64,000 nt of DNA from an uncultured Anaerolineales bacterium (lineage in GTDB: Bacteria; Chloroflexota; Anaerolineae; Anaerolineales; UBA6663): NCBI GenBank assembly GCA_937952305.1, contig CALFZO010000004.1, forward strand, positions 3,249 through 67,248, read 5' to 3'. A program made the position numbers and the translations under genes. Every line of letters begins with the position of its first letter. The stretch's first letter is position 1. This document shows positions 55,474 to 64,000 of this stretch, one piece after another. The notes beneath the pieces were generated by a model. It made no database searches, had not been told where the DNA came from, and was given only the letters and a program-made list of their open reading frames with translations.

Positions 55474-56892
55474 GTGCCTATTTTCAACATCGACGGTCAG
55501 CAAATCCACGCCGTCCAGCAAGGCCAGCCCAACCGGCAGGTGGCGCTGCTGATCCACGGCTGGTCGAGCTCGTGGTATGCCCTGTCGCCGCTGATCCCGC
55601 TGCTCTCCCAGCGTTTCAACTGCATCGCCGTCGACCTGCCCGGCTATGGCCAGTCGCCGCCCATGAAGGAGCGGGTCACCATCGCCGCCTACGCCGACCT
55701 GCTGGCGCGCCTGATCGAGGAGGTCAGCAACGGGCCGGTGGTGCTGGTGGGCCATTCCATGGGCGGCATGATCAGCGCGATGCTGGCCATGCGCCACCCG
55801 GTGCTGGTGGAGCGCATGGTCCTGGTCTGCCCCACGATCAGCGGCAACCTGTCCACCATGATCAACCTGACGATCTCGCCGATCACGATCATGGAGCGCT
55901 TCGGCCTGGGCAGCTTCCTGGTCACCACCTTTGAGAACCTGATCGTCGGCATCACCGACCGCCTGATGCGGCCGGTGTCGTTCTCGGTGCGCACCGGCAT
56001 CTCGGCCGAGGACTACACCCGGCTGCGCGCCGACGCCCGCCGCCCCGGCCAGGGCCGCACGCGCTATGAGTGCTTCTACGCCATGCGCGAAAGCAACCTG
56101 GGGGGCAAGCTGACCGGCGTCGAGCCGCCCACGCTCGTCATCTGGGGCGCCGAGGACAACACGGTGCCGCTGCGGGATTCGGCCATCGTGGCCGACGAGT
56201 GGGCCCAGGCCGACCTGCGCATCCTGCCCAAGGCCGGCCACTGGCCGCAGTTTGAGACGCCCGATATCACGCGCCGGCAGATCGCGTCTTTCCTGGGCCT
56301 GCCGCTCACCCCGCAGCAGAAGCCGGTCGGCGACGACGAGCTGGCGGCGGCCCGCGAGATCGCCCAGTTTTTGGGCAACTCCGATGTCGGCAACAACCTC
56401 AACTCGCCGCAGTTGATCCGGCTGGCCGCCCAGTTCCGCCAGCGCCGCTACAACTCCGGCGACGTCATCGCCCGCATCCAGGACGGCGGCACGGAGATGT
56501 TCATCGTGCGCGAGGGCACGGTGGAGGTCTGGAACGACCCAGACAACATCGGGGCCGGCGCCAACGTGCAGCGCCTGCGCCACGTGGCTTCGCTCAACCC
56601 CGGCCAGATCACGGGCGAGCTGGCCATGCTGGATGGCGGCCTGCGCAGCGCCGACCTGCGCGCCGGGCCGGACGGCGCCACCATGCTGGTCCTGGAGCGC
56701 GAGCAGCTGCTGGCGCTGGTGGACGAAGACGCCGAGCTGGGCACGCGTGTCCTGTGGAACATCGCCCGCGCCATGGCGCTGCGGGTGCGCTTCATCCTCT
56801 GGCAGCTGCAGCGCGCGCTGCAGAAGTCTGGCGCGCCGGCCAAGCCGGCCGCCCCCACCGACAGCGAATTCCAGCGCGAGAAGGCCAACTGA
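55474..56892 (+). CDS. alpha/beta-hydrolase fused to a cyclic-nucleotide-binding domain
   Basis: HGWSSS, nucleophile elbow GHSMGG and C-terminal His (KAGHWPQFE), followed by a CNB domain with GELAMLDGGLRSADLRA. GTG start. Confidence 0.85.
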   Translation: MPIFNIDGQQIHAVQQGQPNRQVALLIHGWSSSWYALSPLIPLLSQRFNCIAVDLPGYGQSPPMKERVTIAAYADLLARLIEEVSNGPVVLVGHSMGGMISAMLAMRHPVLVERMVLVCPTISGNLSTMINLTISPITIMERFGLGSFLVTTFENLIVGITDRLMRPVSFSVRTGISAEDYTRLRADARRPGQGRTRYECFYAMRESNLGGKLTGVEPPTLVIWGAEDNTVPLRDSAIVADEWAQADLRILPKAGHWPQFETPDITRRQIASFLGLPLTPQQKPVGDDELAAAREIAQFLGNSDVGNNLNSPQLIRLAAQFRQRRYNSGDVIARIQDGGTEMFIVREGTVEVWNDPDNIGAGANVQRLRHVASLNPGQITGELAMLDGGLRSADLRAGPDGATMLVLEREQLLALVDEDAELGTRVLWNIARAMALRVRFILWQLQRALQKSGAPAKPAAPTDSEFQREKAN

Positions 56893-57022
56893 CCGCCGCC
56901 GCCCCAGGGCGAGCGTGAGGCTGGGCTCACCGGATTACCCGGATGTCCTACTGTCCCCGCGCCCCGGATCGTCCTACAATTAGCCCCGATTTACGACCGC
57001 GTTCACTCACAGGAGGTCTCCC

Positions 57023-58006
57023 TTGAAAGTGCTCGTCACCGGCGGCGCCGGCTATATCGGCAGCATTACCTCGGCCGAGTTGCTGAAGGCCGGCCACGAC
57101 GTCGTCGTCTTCGACAACCTCTACCAGGGCCACCGCGAGGCCGTGCCGGACGGCGCCGCCTTCATGGAGGGCGACCTGCGCGACGAGGCCGCCGTCGCCC
57201 GCCTGTTCCAGGAGCACCGCGGCTTCGACGGCATCCTGCACTTCGCCTCGTTCACGCTGGTGGGCGAGAGCATGCAGCTGCCGCTCAAGTACCTGCGCGA
57301 TAACCTGGTGGCCGGCGCCAACCTGCTGGAGCAGGCCGTCCAGCACGGCGTCGGGCGCTTCATCCTGTCTTCCACGGCCAACCTGTTCGACGCGCCCGAG
57401 CGCATCCCGATCGAGCCGGACGAACGCATCGTGCCGGGCTCGCCCTACGGCGAATCTAAGTTCTTCCTCGAACGCACGCTGCACTGGTTCGAGCGCATTC
57501 ACGGGCTGAAGTACGCGTGCCTGCGCTATTTCAACGCCGCCGGCGACACGCCCGACCGCGGCGAAGATCACGAGCCGGAGCTGCACCTGATCCCGCGCGT
57601 CTTGAGCGTGGCCCAGGGCAAGTTGGACAAGATCGTGATCTTCGGCGGCGACTATCCCACCAAGGACGGCACCTGCGTCCGTGATTACATCCACATCGTC
57701 GATCTGGCGCAGGCGCACATCCTGGCGCTCGGCGCGCTGGACCGCCTGGGCAGCCGCAAGTACAACCTCGGCAATGGCAACGGCTTCACCAACCTGGAAG
57801 TCGTGGAGACCGCGCGCCGCATCACCGGCCACCCGATCCCGCACGAGATCGGCCCGCGCCGCGCCGGCGATCCGGCCGTGTTGATCGCGTCGTCGGAGAA
57901 GATCCGGAGCGAGCTCGGCTGGAAGCCGCGCTTTGACACGCTCGACTCGATCGTCGGCAGCGCCTGGGAGTGGCACAGCCGCCATCCCAAGGGCTATCAC
58001 GCCTGA
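57023..58006 (+). CDS. galE: UDP-glucose 4-epimerase
   Basis: [21 protein letters not shown] (YxxxK), and NAAGD...[13 protein letters not shown] start in the track, with a GTG 6 nt downstream as an alternative. Confidence 0.9.
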   Translation: MKVLVTGGAGYIGSITSAELLKAGHDVVVFDNLYQGHREAVPDGAAFMEGDLRDEAAVARLFQEHRGFDGILHFASFTLVGESMQLPLKYLRDNLVAGANLLEQAVQHGVGRFILSSTANLFDAPERIPIEPDERIVPGSPYGESKFFLERTLHWFERIHGLKYACLRYFNAAGDTPDRGEDHEPELHLIPRVLSVAQGKLDKIVIFGGDYPTKDGTCVRDYIHIVDLAQAHILALGALDRLGSRKYNLGNGNGFTNLEVVETARRITGHPIPHEIGPRRAGDPAVLIASSEKIRSELGWKPRFDTLDSIVGSAWEWHSRHPKGYHA

Positions 58007-58044
58007 GGCGCTGACCAACCCGGTCCCTCAGTCTTTAGTCGGAG

Positions 58045-58077
58045 GCCCTCCGCCCAACGGCGGAGGGCTTTCTTGTT
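58045..58077 (+). terminator. intrinsic terminator after galE
   Basis: GCCCTCCGCC-CAAC-GGCGGAGGGC followed by TTTCTTGTT. Confidence 0.8.
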
Positions 58078-58232
58078 GAAGCGCAGCGGCACGGCGCGTG
58101 TCAGGCCGGCGTCAGCGCCGCGCCACACGCGGGCCGCCGGGGCGGGAACTGGGCCGGAGAGCGGGGCGTCTACTCGGGAGACACGGTATTGCAGCCGGCC
58201 CGCCTAAAGGCGCGGCCGCTGAGGAGGTTGCG

Positions 58233-58877
58233 ATGTTTGCCCAGAAGATTGCCCGCCCGGTTAGCCGCTATGCGCTCATCCGCGTCGCCGTGGCCGCCGC
58301 CCTGTTGCTGCCGCTCTTCGGCGCCCTGGCTTTCGCGGCGGCGCCGGCCTCGGCCGCCGACTGCCGCCTGTATCACACCGTCCAGCGCGGTGAGACGCTC
58401 TACAAGATCGGGCGCAAGTACGACCTGTTGTGGACTACGATCGCGCAGGCCAACAACCTGAAGGACGGCAACAAGATCTACGCCGGCCAGGTGTTGTGCA
58501 TCCCGGCCGCCGCCGGCGCCACGGTGACGCCCACGGCCACGCCCAAGCCGACCAGCACGCCGGCGCCGGAGCGCATCAGCTTCGCGCGCGGCGCGGTCTC
58601 CGGCACGGCCCAGGGCACCGTCACGGCGCCCGACCGCAAGACCTATGTCCTGCGCGCCCTGAAGGGCCAGCAGATGACGGTCGAGGTCATCTCCAAGGAC
58701 AGCAAGGTCAACTTTGCCGTCCAGGGCGTCTCCGATGGCCAGCCCCTCAAGCGCCTGGAGAACGAGTCCCGCAAGTGGACGGGCAGCCTGCCGGCCGATC
58801 AGGATTACTTGATCACGGTGGCGGTGCCCAGCGGCAGCTTGGCCTACACACTCGTGGTGACGATCGTCACGCCATAG
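58233..58877 (+). CDS. secreted LysM-domain protein
   Basis: GAGGAGG RBS 6 nt upstream of the ATG at 58233 (M46 of the track ORF). Signal peptide ...AAPASAADC. LysM segment YHTVQRGETLYKIGRKYDLLWTTIAQANNLKDGNKIYAGQVLCIP. Thr/Pro linker and a beta-rich C-terminal domain. Confidence 0.85.
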   Translation: MFAQKIARPVSRYALIRVAVAAALLLPLFGALAFAAAPASAADCRLYHTVQRGETLYKIGRKYDLLWTTIAQANNLKDGNKIYAGQVLCIPAAAGATVTPTATPKPTSTPAPERISFARGAVSGTAQGTVTAPDRKTYVLRALKGQQMTVEVISKDSKVNFAVQGVSDGQPLKRLENESRKWTGSLPADQDYLITVAVPSGSLAYTLVVTIVTP

Positions 58878-58901
58878 CGCCCTCGGCCGAGCACAGACAA
58901 A

Positions 58902-58935
58902 AACGGGCCGGCCTCCTGGAAGAGGCCGGCCCGTT
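58902..58935. terminator. bidirectional intrinsic terminator between LysM gene and chrA
   Basis: Perfect 14-bp arms AACGGGCCGGCCTC-CTGGAA-GAGGCCGGCCCGTT. An A-tract lies on the plus side, which gives UUUUUG after the hairpin on the minus (chrA) transcript. Confidence 0.85.
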
Positions 58936-58955
58936 GCATTAAGAAGCGGCCGCGC

Positions 58956-60152
58956 TCAACCGAACAGCCCGCCGCGCGCCAGCAGGCCGAGCGCGGCGCC
59001 GCCCAGCACCAGCCAGGTGGCGTTGACGTGAAAACGGAACAGGAGCAGCGCGGAGGCCAGGGCGAGCGCCACGGTCAGCGGGTCCACCAACGCGCTAAAG
59101 GCAAGCTGCCCGGTGACGGCCGCCATCAGCGCCAGCGACGCCACGTTGACGCCGTCGAGCAGGGCGCTGGCCGTGGTCGAGCCGCGCACGCGCGCCAACA
59201 GCGGCACGCTCAGCGCCACGAAGACGAAGGCCGGCAGAAAGATGCCGAGCGTTGCCAGCAGCGCGCCCGGCCAGCCGCCCAGCACGTAGCCGATAAACGT
59301 GGCCGTGGTGAACACCGGCCCCGGCGTCACCTGGCCGATGGCGATGGCGTCCAGCAGCTGCCGGTCGGTCAGCCAGCCCAGACCGACGACGAAGTCGGCG
59401 CGCAGGAACGCCAGCAGGACGTAGCCGCTGCCGTACAGCACGGACCCGATCTTCAGGAAGATCAGGAACAACTGGCCGAGATCCACCGGCGCCGCGGACA
59501 GGGCCGGCCAAGCGGATGGCGCCCACGGCAGCCAGGGCAGGGCGCCCGCCGCCGATTGCGCCACCGGCCGCGCGCCCCAGCGCCGGATCGCCCAGACCAG
59601 CAGGGCGCCGGCGGCCAGCAGCGGCAGTTCGCTGAGGCCCAGCACGTAGCAGCCCAGCGCGGCTGCGCCGACCAGGGCCGTCAGCCGATCCTTGATGGCC
59701 TTGCGGCCCAGCTCCCACAGCGCCTGGGCGACGATGGCGATGATGACGGGCTGCACGCCGTACAGCAGCGCCGTCGCCTGCGGCGTGCTCCCAAAGCGCC
59801 TGTAGGCCCAGGCCAGGCCCAGCACGATGAGCATCGCCGGCAGGATGAAGCCCAGGCCGCCAGCCACCAGCCCCGGCCAGCCGGCGCGCAGGTAGCCCAG
59901 GTGGATGGTCATCTCGGTGGAGTTGGGGCCCGGGATCAGGTTGGTGGCGCCCAGCAGATCCAGGAATTGCTGATCGTCCAGCCAGCGCCGGCGCTTGACT
60001 AGCTCCTGGCGCATCATGGCGATGTGGGCGGCCGGGCCGCCAAAGGCCGTGAAGCCGAGCAGCAGGAAGTAGGCGGCGACTTCGCGCAGGCGGGTGGATT
60101 GTTCCGAGGCCGGTGACGCGGGCATGCCGGCATTATCACACAAAGAAATCAA
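58956..60152 (-). CDS. chrA: chromate efflux transporter
   Basis: LLGFTAFGGPAAHIAMMRQELV...IPGPNSTEM, with a second CHR repeat (QVTPGPVFTTATFIGY). TTG start with an AAGG upstream. An alternative ATG lies at 60125. Confidence 0.88.
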   Translation of the reverse strand: MISLCDNAGMPASPASEQSTRLREVAAYFLLLGFTAFGGPAAHIAMMRQELVKRRRWLDDQQFLDLLGATNLIPGPNSTEMTIHLGYLRAGWPGLVAGGLGFILPAMLIVLGLAWAYRRFGSTPQATALLYGVQPVIIAIVAQALWELGRKAIKDRLTALVGAAALGCYVLGLSELPLLAAGALLVWAIRRWGARPVAQSAAGALPWLPWAPSAWPALSAAPVDLGQLFLIFLKIGSVLYGSGYVLLAFLRADFVVGLGWLTDRQLLDAIAIGQVTPGPVFTTATFIGYVLGGWPGALLATLGIFLPAFVFVALSVPLLARVRGSTTASALLDGVNVASLALMAAVTGQLAFSALVDPLTVALALASALLLFRFHVNATWLVLGGAALGLLARGGLFG

Positions 60153-60185
60153 GCCGCCTTAATTGCGATTTCCGTATGGGTTGGC

Positions 60186-60277
60186 GTCACCCCGGCCCCG
60201 GCCCCCCACTTCGCTCCGCTGCGGGGGGCCAGGGTGCGCCGGAATGACCGAGCGCAAGTCATATCGGGAACCGCTTT
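60186..60277 (+). repeat. dispersed ~92-nt intergenic repeat, copy B
   Basis: See copy A at 23187-23277. Same orientation, about 89% identity. Confidence 0.8.
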
Positions 60278-60550
60278 AAGCAGGACTTCTTGGTCCCACG
60301 GCGGCCGCCCTGGCGCAGCCAGTCAGCGCGCCGCGCCTGGTGCCGGTGCGGTGGGGTGACCTCATCGACGCCGGCGCGCGGGCGCCGCGCCTGGCCGCGC
60401 GATCCGCGCGCCGGGCCGGTCAACGGCTGACCCGCCCGGCGTGATTGGAGGTCGTGGAGGAAAGACAGCGGAAAGCGCCAGCCTGGATGTTATTCAAGCG
60501 TGCGCCGGGCAGCGCCCTCCCGACCGGGCGTCACGCGGCGCTGCTGAGCT

Positions 60551-62941
60551 TCACTCTGCGCGCGGGCGCCGGAACGCCAGCAAGCTCAGGCCGTTAAGCG
60601 AGACCAGCACCGTGCCGCCCTCGTGCCCGACCACGGCCAGTGGCAGCGGCAAGTTGACCGCGAAGATGGTGGCCAGCATGAGCGCGATCATGAGGAGCGC
60701 GAAGCCCAGGTTGGCGATCAGCGTCCGGCGCGTGGCCCGGCTGAGCGCGACGACGTAGGGCACGTTGTGCAAGTCGTCGGCCATCAGCACGACATCGGCG
60801 GTTTCGAGGGCCACGTCCGTGCCGGCGGCGCCCATGGCGATGCCGAGCGTGGCCGCGGCCAGGGCCGGCGCATCGTTGACGCCGTCGCCGACCATGGCGA
60901 CGACGCGGTGCTCCGCGCGCAAGTGTTGGATGAGGCGCAGCTTGTCCTCCGGCAGCAGGTCCGCGAAAACCTCGTCCACGCCCGCCTGCTTGCCGATGGC
61001 GTGGGCCACCGGGGCGTTGTCGCCGGTGAGCATGACCACGCGCGCGACGCCCAGCGCCTTCAGGTCGCGCACCACGGCGGCCGCGTCGCGGCGCAGCACG
61101 TCGGCCACGGCGATCACGCCGAGCACCTGATCCGGCGCGTTGTCCGCCAGGCGCACTACCAGCATCGCGGTCTTGCCCTCCGCCTGCAGGCGCGCGACGG
61201 CGGCGTGGGCCGGCGTGCTCGCGGCCAGGTCGTTCGCCGCAAAGTAGCGCGGCCCGCCCACGCCGATCAGCTGCCCGGCGACCTGGGCGCGCACGCCCTT
61301 GCCGCTCTCAGACTGGAAGGCGGCGGCCTCGGCCACGTTCAGGCCGCGCGCCTGGGCGGCGGCGCTGATGGCGCGCGCCAGCGGATGCTCGGATTTGGCC
61401 TCGACAGCGGCCGCCAGCGCCAGCACACCGGCCTCGTCCAGGTCGGGCGTCAGCGCGATCACGTCGGTGACCTGGGGCTTGCCCTCGGTCAGCGTGCCGG
61501 TCTTGTCGAAGGCCACCACCTGAATGCCGGCGGCCTGCTCCAGGTGGATGCCGCCCTTGAAGAGCACACCGCGCCGCGCGCCGTTGCCGATGGCCGAGAG
61601 GATGGCGGCCGGCGTGCTGATCACCAGCGCACACGGTGAGGCCGCCACCATCACCGTCATCGCCCGGTAGAAGGCGCTGTCGAAGCTTTCGCCCAGCGCC
61701 AGCCACGGGATGAGCGTCACGGCCACGGTCAGGACGATCACGCCCCAGGCGTAGACCTGCTCGAACTGGTCGATCCAGCGCTGGGTCTTGGCCTTCTCGC
61801 TGTGGGCCTCCTCCACCAGCTTGATCATGCGCGCGATGGTGGAATCCTGCGCCAGCTTGGTGACGCGCACCTCCAGGCCGCCGGTGGTGTTGATGGTGCC
61901 GGCCAGGACATGGTCGCCGCTGCGCTTGTCCACGGGCAGGGATTCGCCCGTGATCGGCGCTTGGTCCACAGCGCTCTCGCCCTCCACCACCACGCCGTCC
62001 ACAGGCAGGCGCTCGCCCGGCCGGACGATGACGATGTCGTTCAGCACCAGCCGCTCGATGGGCAGCAAGGCGGTGCGGCCGCCGCGCCGCACCAGGGCCT
62101 CCTTGGGCCGCAGATGCATCAGCGCGCGGATGGCGTTGCGCGTGCGGTCCATGGCGAAGGCCTGCAGCACGTTGGAGAGCGAGAACAGGAACAACAGCAT
62201 GGCGCCCTCGAACGGCGCGCCCACGATCCAGGCGCCCAGGGCGGCCAGCACCATCAGCAGGTCGACGTCCACCGTGCGCTGGGCCAGCGACTCCAGGCCG
62301 CCCTTGACGCCGAAGACGCCGCCGGCCAGGTAGGCCACGGCGTACCAGGCCGTGACGACGCCCACGGCCGCGCCGGTCCGCTCCGCCGTCAGCCCGCCGA
62401 TCATGGCCACCAACGTGACCGCGGTCAGGGCCGCCTCCAGGCGGTCAGCGGTGACGGCGGCTTTAAGCTTGGCCAGCCGGCGCGCCCACGGGCCAGCCGG
62501 GGCGGCCGGTTCGGGCTCGGCCGGCGCGGTCCGCACCCCGAGCTCGCGCACGTATTGGGCGATGGCCGGCGGCGAGACGCGCGTCTGGTCATAGGTGACG
62601 CTGAGCACGCCGCCCAGGTAGCTGGCCGAGGCGCGGCGCACACCGGCCAGGCCGCGCACCCGTTCTTCCAGCAGCAGCGCGCACGACTCGCAGGCGCGCC
62701 CGCCGTGGGCTTCCAGCCGCAGGGTGCAGGTCTCGAACTGCTTCTGGAACTTGGGGGCCAGGTGGTGCGCCATCGCCGCGACCTCGGCCTCGGACAGCGC
62801 CTGGGTGTCGTAGGCAAAGGACAGGCGTGCGTTCTCGGGGTCGGCGTCTACCTGCACGATGCCGGGCTGGGCGTCGACGGCGTCATGCAGGAGGGTCAGA
62901 CAAGGCTCGTGTTCGTTGGGGGGAGTGACGGGTGAAGACAT
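60551..62941 (-). CDS. heavy-metal P1B-type ATPase, P1B-4-like (SPC / HEGGT signature; Co/Fe/Zn-type exporter)
   Basis: DKTGTLT, TGES (PITGESLP), GDGVNDAPAL, TM4 AASPCALV (SPC), and last TM VVGHEGGTVLVSLNGLSLL. The N-terminal ~150 aa has one CxxC (ACESCA) in an HMA-like segment. Confidence 0.88.
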   Translation of the reverse strand: MSSPVTPPNEHEPCLTLLHDAVDAQPGIVQVDADPENARLSFAYDTQALSEAEVAAMAHHLAPKFQKQFETCTLRLEAHGGRACESCALLLEERVRGLAGVRRASASYLGGVLSVTYDQTRVSPPAIAQYVRELGVRTAPAEPEPAAPAGPWARRLAKLKAAVTADRLEAALTAVTLVAMIGGLTAERTGAAVGVVTAWYAVAYLAGGVFGVKGGLESLAQRTVDVDLLMVLAALGAWIVGAPFEGAMLLFLFSLSNVLQAFAMDRTRNAIRALMHLRPKEALVRRGGRTALLPIERLVLNDIVIVRPGERLPVDGVVVEGESAVDQAPITGESLPVDKRSGDHVLAGTINTTGGLEVRVTKLAQDSTIARMIKLVEEAHSEKAKTQRWIDQFEQVYAWGVIVLTVAVTLIPWLALGESFDSAFYRAMTVMVAASPCALVISTPAAILSAIGNGARRGVLFKGGIHLEQAAGIQVVAFDKTGTLTEGKPQVTDVIALTPDLDEAGVLALAAAVEAKSEHPLARAISAAAQARGLNVAEAAAFQSESGKGVRAQVAGQLIGVGGPRYFAANDLAASTPAHAAVARLQAEGKTAMLVVRLADNAPDQVLGVIAVADVLRRDAAAVVRDLKALGVARVVMLTGDNAPVAHAIGKQAGVDEVFADLLPEDKLRLIQHLRAEHRVVAMVGDGVNDAPALAAATLGIAMGAAGTDVALETADVVLMADDLHNVPYVVALSRATRRTLIANLGFALLMIALMLATIFAVNLPLPLAVVGHEGGTVLVSLNGLSLLAFRRPRAE

Positions 62942-63023
62942 GCGCGGGATTACCTTCGACTAGACCTCACGGTCAAACAGGGTAGTTCGGCGGGCGGGCG
63001 TCGGAGATTGTGACGCTTTGCGC

Positions 63024-63482
63024 TTACTGGGCGCGCTGGCACTCTGGGCACAGGCCGTAGTAGGCGATGCGCGCGCCGCGCAGCTGGTAGCCGGAGCGCC
63101 CGGCCACTTGCTCGGCCACCTGGTCCAGCGCGGTCGTCGGCAGATCGTCCACGCGGTGGCAGCGCAGACAGATCAGGTTGACGTGCGGCTCGACGTCGGC
63201 GTCGTAATGGACGGCGCCATCGCCGGCCTCGCCGAGGTCGTGGATCAGGCCGCCGGCCACCAGCGTCTGCAGCGTGTTGTAGACCGTGGCCCGGCTCAGT
63301 CCGGCCACTTCGCCGGCGAGTTGATTGTAAAGGACCTGGGCGGTGGGGTGAGTGCGGCTGGTGACCAGGGCGCGGCAAATGGCGGCGCGCTGCGGGGTGA
63401 CGCGCAGGCCGGCCGCGCGCAGCGCCGTAAGCATGGCGTCGACGCGGGCGTTCGTGGTGGTTGGATTGATGGGCGAAGACAT
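63024..63482 (-). CDS. Fur-family metalloregulator (Fur/PerR/Zur type undetermined)
   Basis: LRVTPQRAAICRAL winged helix and two CxxC pairs (CLRCHRV, CPEC). The stop lies 82 nt upstream of the ATPase start on the same strand. Confidence 0.88.
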   Translation of the reverse strand: MSSPINPTTTNARVDAMLTALRAAGLRVTPQRAAICRALVTSRTHPTAQVLYNQLAGEVAGLSRATVYNTLQTLVAGGLIHDLGEAGDGAVHYDADVEPHVNLICLRCHRVDDLPTTALDQVAEQVAGRSGYQLRGARIAYYGLCPECQRAQ

Positions 63483-63522
63483 AATTTAGATCAATTCTTT
63501 ATTTAGAATTAATCTAAATTAT
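63481..63522. promoter_or_regulatory. 42-bp AT-rich near-perfect palindrome (Fur-box-like operator) abutting the Fur-family start codon
   Basis: ATAATTTAGAT-CAATTCT-TTATTT-AGAATTA-ATCTAAATTAT. The outer 11-bp arms are perfect and the inner 6-bp arms AATTCT/AGAATT are perfect. Its first two bases are the AT of the start codon complement. Confidence 0.6.
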
Positions 63523-63552
63523 AGCCGCAGGGACACCGACTGTCAAGAGGCG

Positions 63553-64000
63553 TCAGGCGCGGCGCAGCGCGGCCAGGATCTCGCGCACGGACAGGCGTTT
63601 GCCGTACATCAGCAGGCTGGTGCGGAAGACCTTGGAGCCGGCCCACATGACGGCCGGCACGCTCAGCGCCAGGACGGCCAGGCTGCCGACGATGTCGATG
63701 ACCGGCACGGTGCCATAGGGCAGGCGCAGCATCATCATCATCGGCGCCGTGAGCGGAAACCAGCTCAGCCCGCGGGCCAGCAGCATGTTGGGATTAGCGA
63801 TCAGGAAGCCGTTGATCATCCATGGCACGGCGGCCCCGAACGAGAACAGGCCGCCGATCTGCTGGCTCTCGCGCATGCTGGTGCCCAGCGAGCCGGCCGT
63901 CGCCATCAGGATGCCGTAGAGCAGGTAGCCCAGCACGAAGTAGACGAGCGCCAGGAGCAGCGTGCCGACGTTAAGCGCGGCCAGCACGCCCACGGCCAGC
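63553..64000 (-). CDS. ABC-2-type transporter permease, C-terminal part (5' end beyond the right edge)
   Basis: Hydrophobic ABC-2/NatB-like C-terminal helices (LLYGILMATAGSLGTSMRESQQIGGLF). The frame stays open to the window edge, and the track M at 63993 is a GTG that is probably internal. Confidence 0.7.
   Translation of the reverse strand, partial: LAVGVLAALNVGTLLLALVYFVLGYLLYGILMATAGSLGTSMRESQQIGGLFSFGAAVPWMINGFLIANPNMLLARGLSWFPLTAPMMMMLRLPYGTVPVIDIVGSLAVLALSVPAVMWAGSKVFRTSLLMYGKRLSVREILAALRRA

Noticed and set aside
55381-58018. Minus-strand ORFs 55381-56583 and 56948-58018 opposite the hydrolase-CNB and galE genes
   Set aside because: They are antisense shadows of genes with clear GHSMGG/CNB and GxGxxG/YxxxK motifs.

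Overview
This is a GC-rich (about two-thirds G+C by eye) bacterial chromosomal segment with about 50 protein genes. I found no rRNA, tRNA, CRISPR array, transposase, integrase or phage genes. The gene content (RodZ-like protein, sortase-like protein, TagA/GT4 wall-polymer genes, many TPR proteins, corrinoid methyltransferases) suggests a monoderm Chloroflexota-type organism, but taxonomy cannot be settled from the sequence alone.

Layout:
- 1-21.2 kb: almost entirely minus-strand. It holds a sugar-modifying gene set (SDR, ROK kinase, FAD oxidoreductase, YhfZ-type regulator). It also holds a long LacI-headed operon that joins a CUT1 sugar ABC importer and a cytoplasmic GH3 beta-glucosidase to a complete corrinoid (B12) methyl-transfer module: three UroD-fold proteins, a corrinoid protein, a methyl-THF methyltransferase, DUF1638 and a reductive activase.
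- 21.6-30.7 kb: FGGY kinase, gamma-glutamyltransferase and a LIV-type amino-acid ABC transporter.
- 30.8-39.7 kb: a TPR protein with a tandem MshEN-like (c-di-GMP receptor) motif, DUF1232, MarR+MFS, RimO, RodZ-like, L9, GNAT, SPFH and a TPR/zinc-ribbon membrane protein.
- 39.8-45.1 kb: a plus-strand envelope operon containing a CcrM-type orphan N6-adenine methyltransferase, followed by a c-di-GMP-I riboswitch in front of a secreted sortase-like protein.
- 45.2-56.9 kb: MutS2, then a cyclic-nucleotide island. The island has an MFS-HEAT-cNMP-binding fusion, a cyclase-like DUF2652-SRPBCC protein, a transglutaminase-like membrane protein, and a divergent alpha/beta-hydrolase-cNMP-binding fusion.
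- 57-64 kb: GalE, LysM protein, ChrA, and a Fur-family regulator co-oriented with a P1B-4-type ATPase behind a 42-bp palindrome.

Most of the long Arg/Gly/Pro-rich ORFs in the six-frame track are antisense or off-frame shadows of real genes, as expected for high-GC DNA. All functional calls come from motifs I could read in the translations. No database search was possible.
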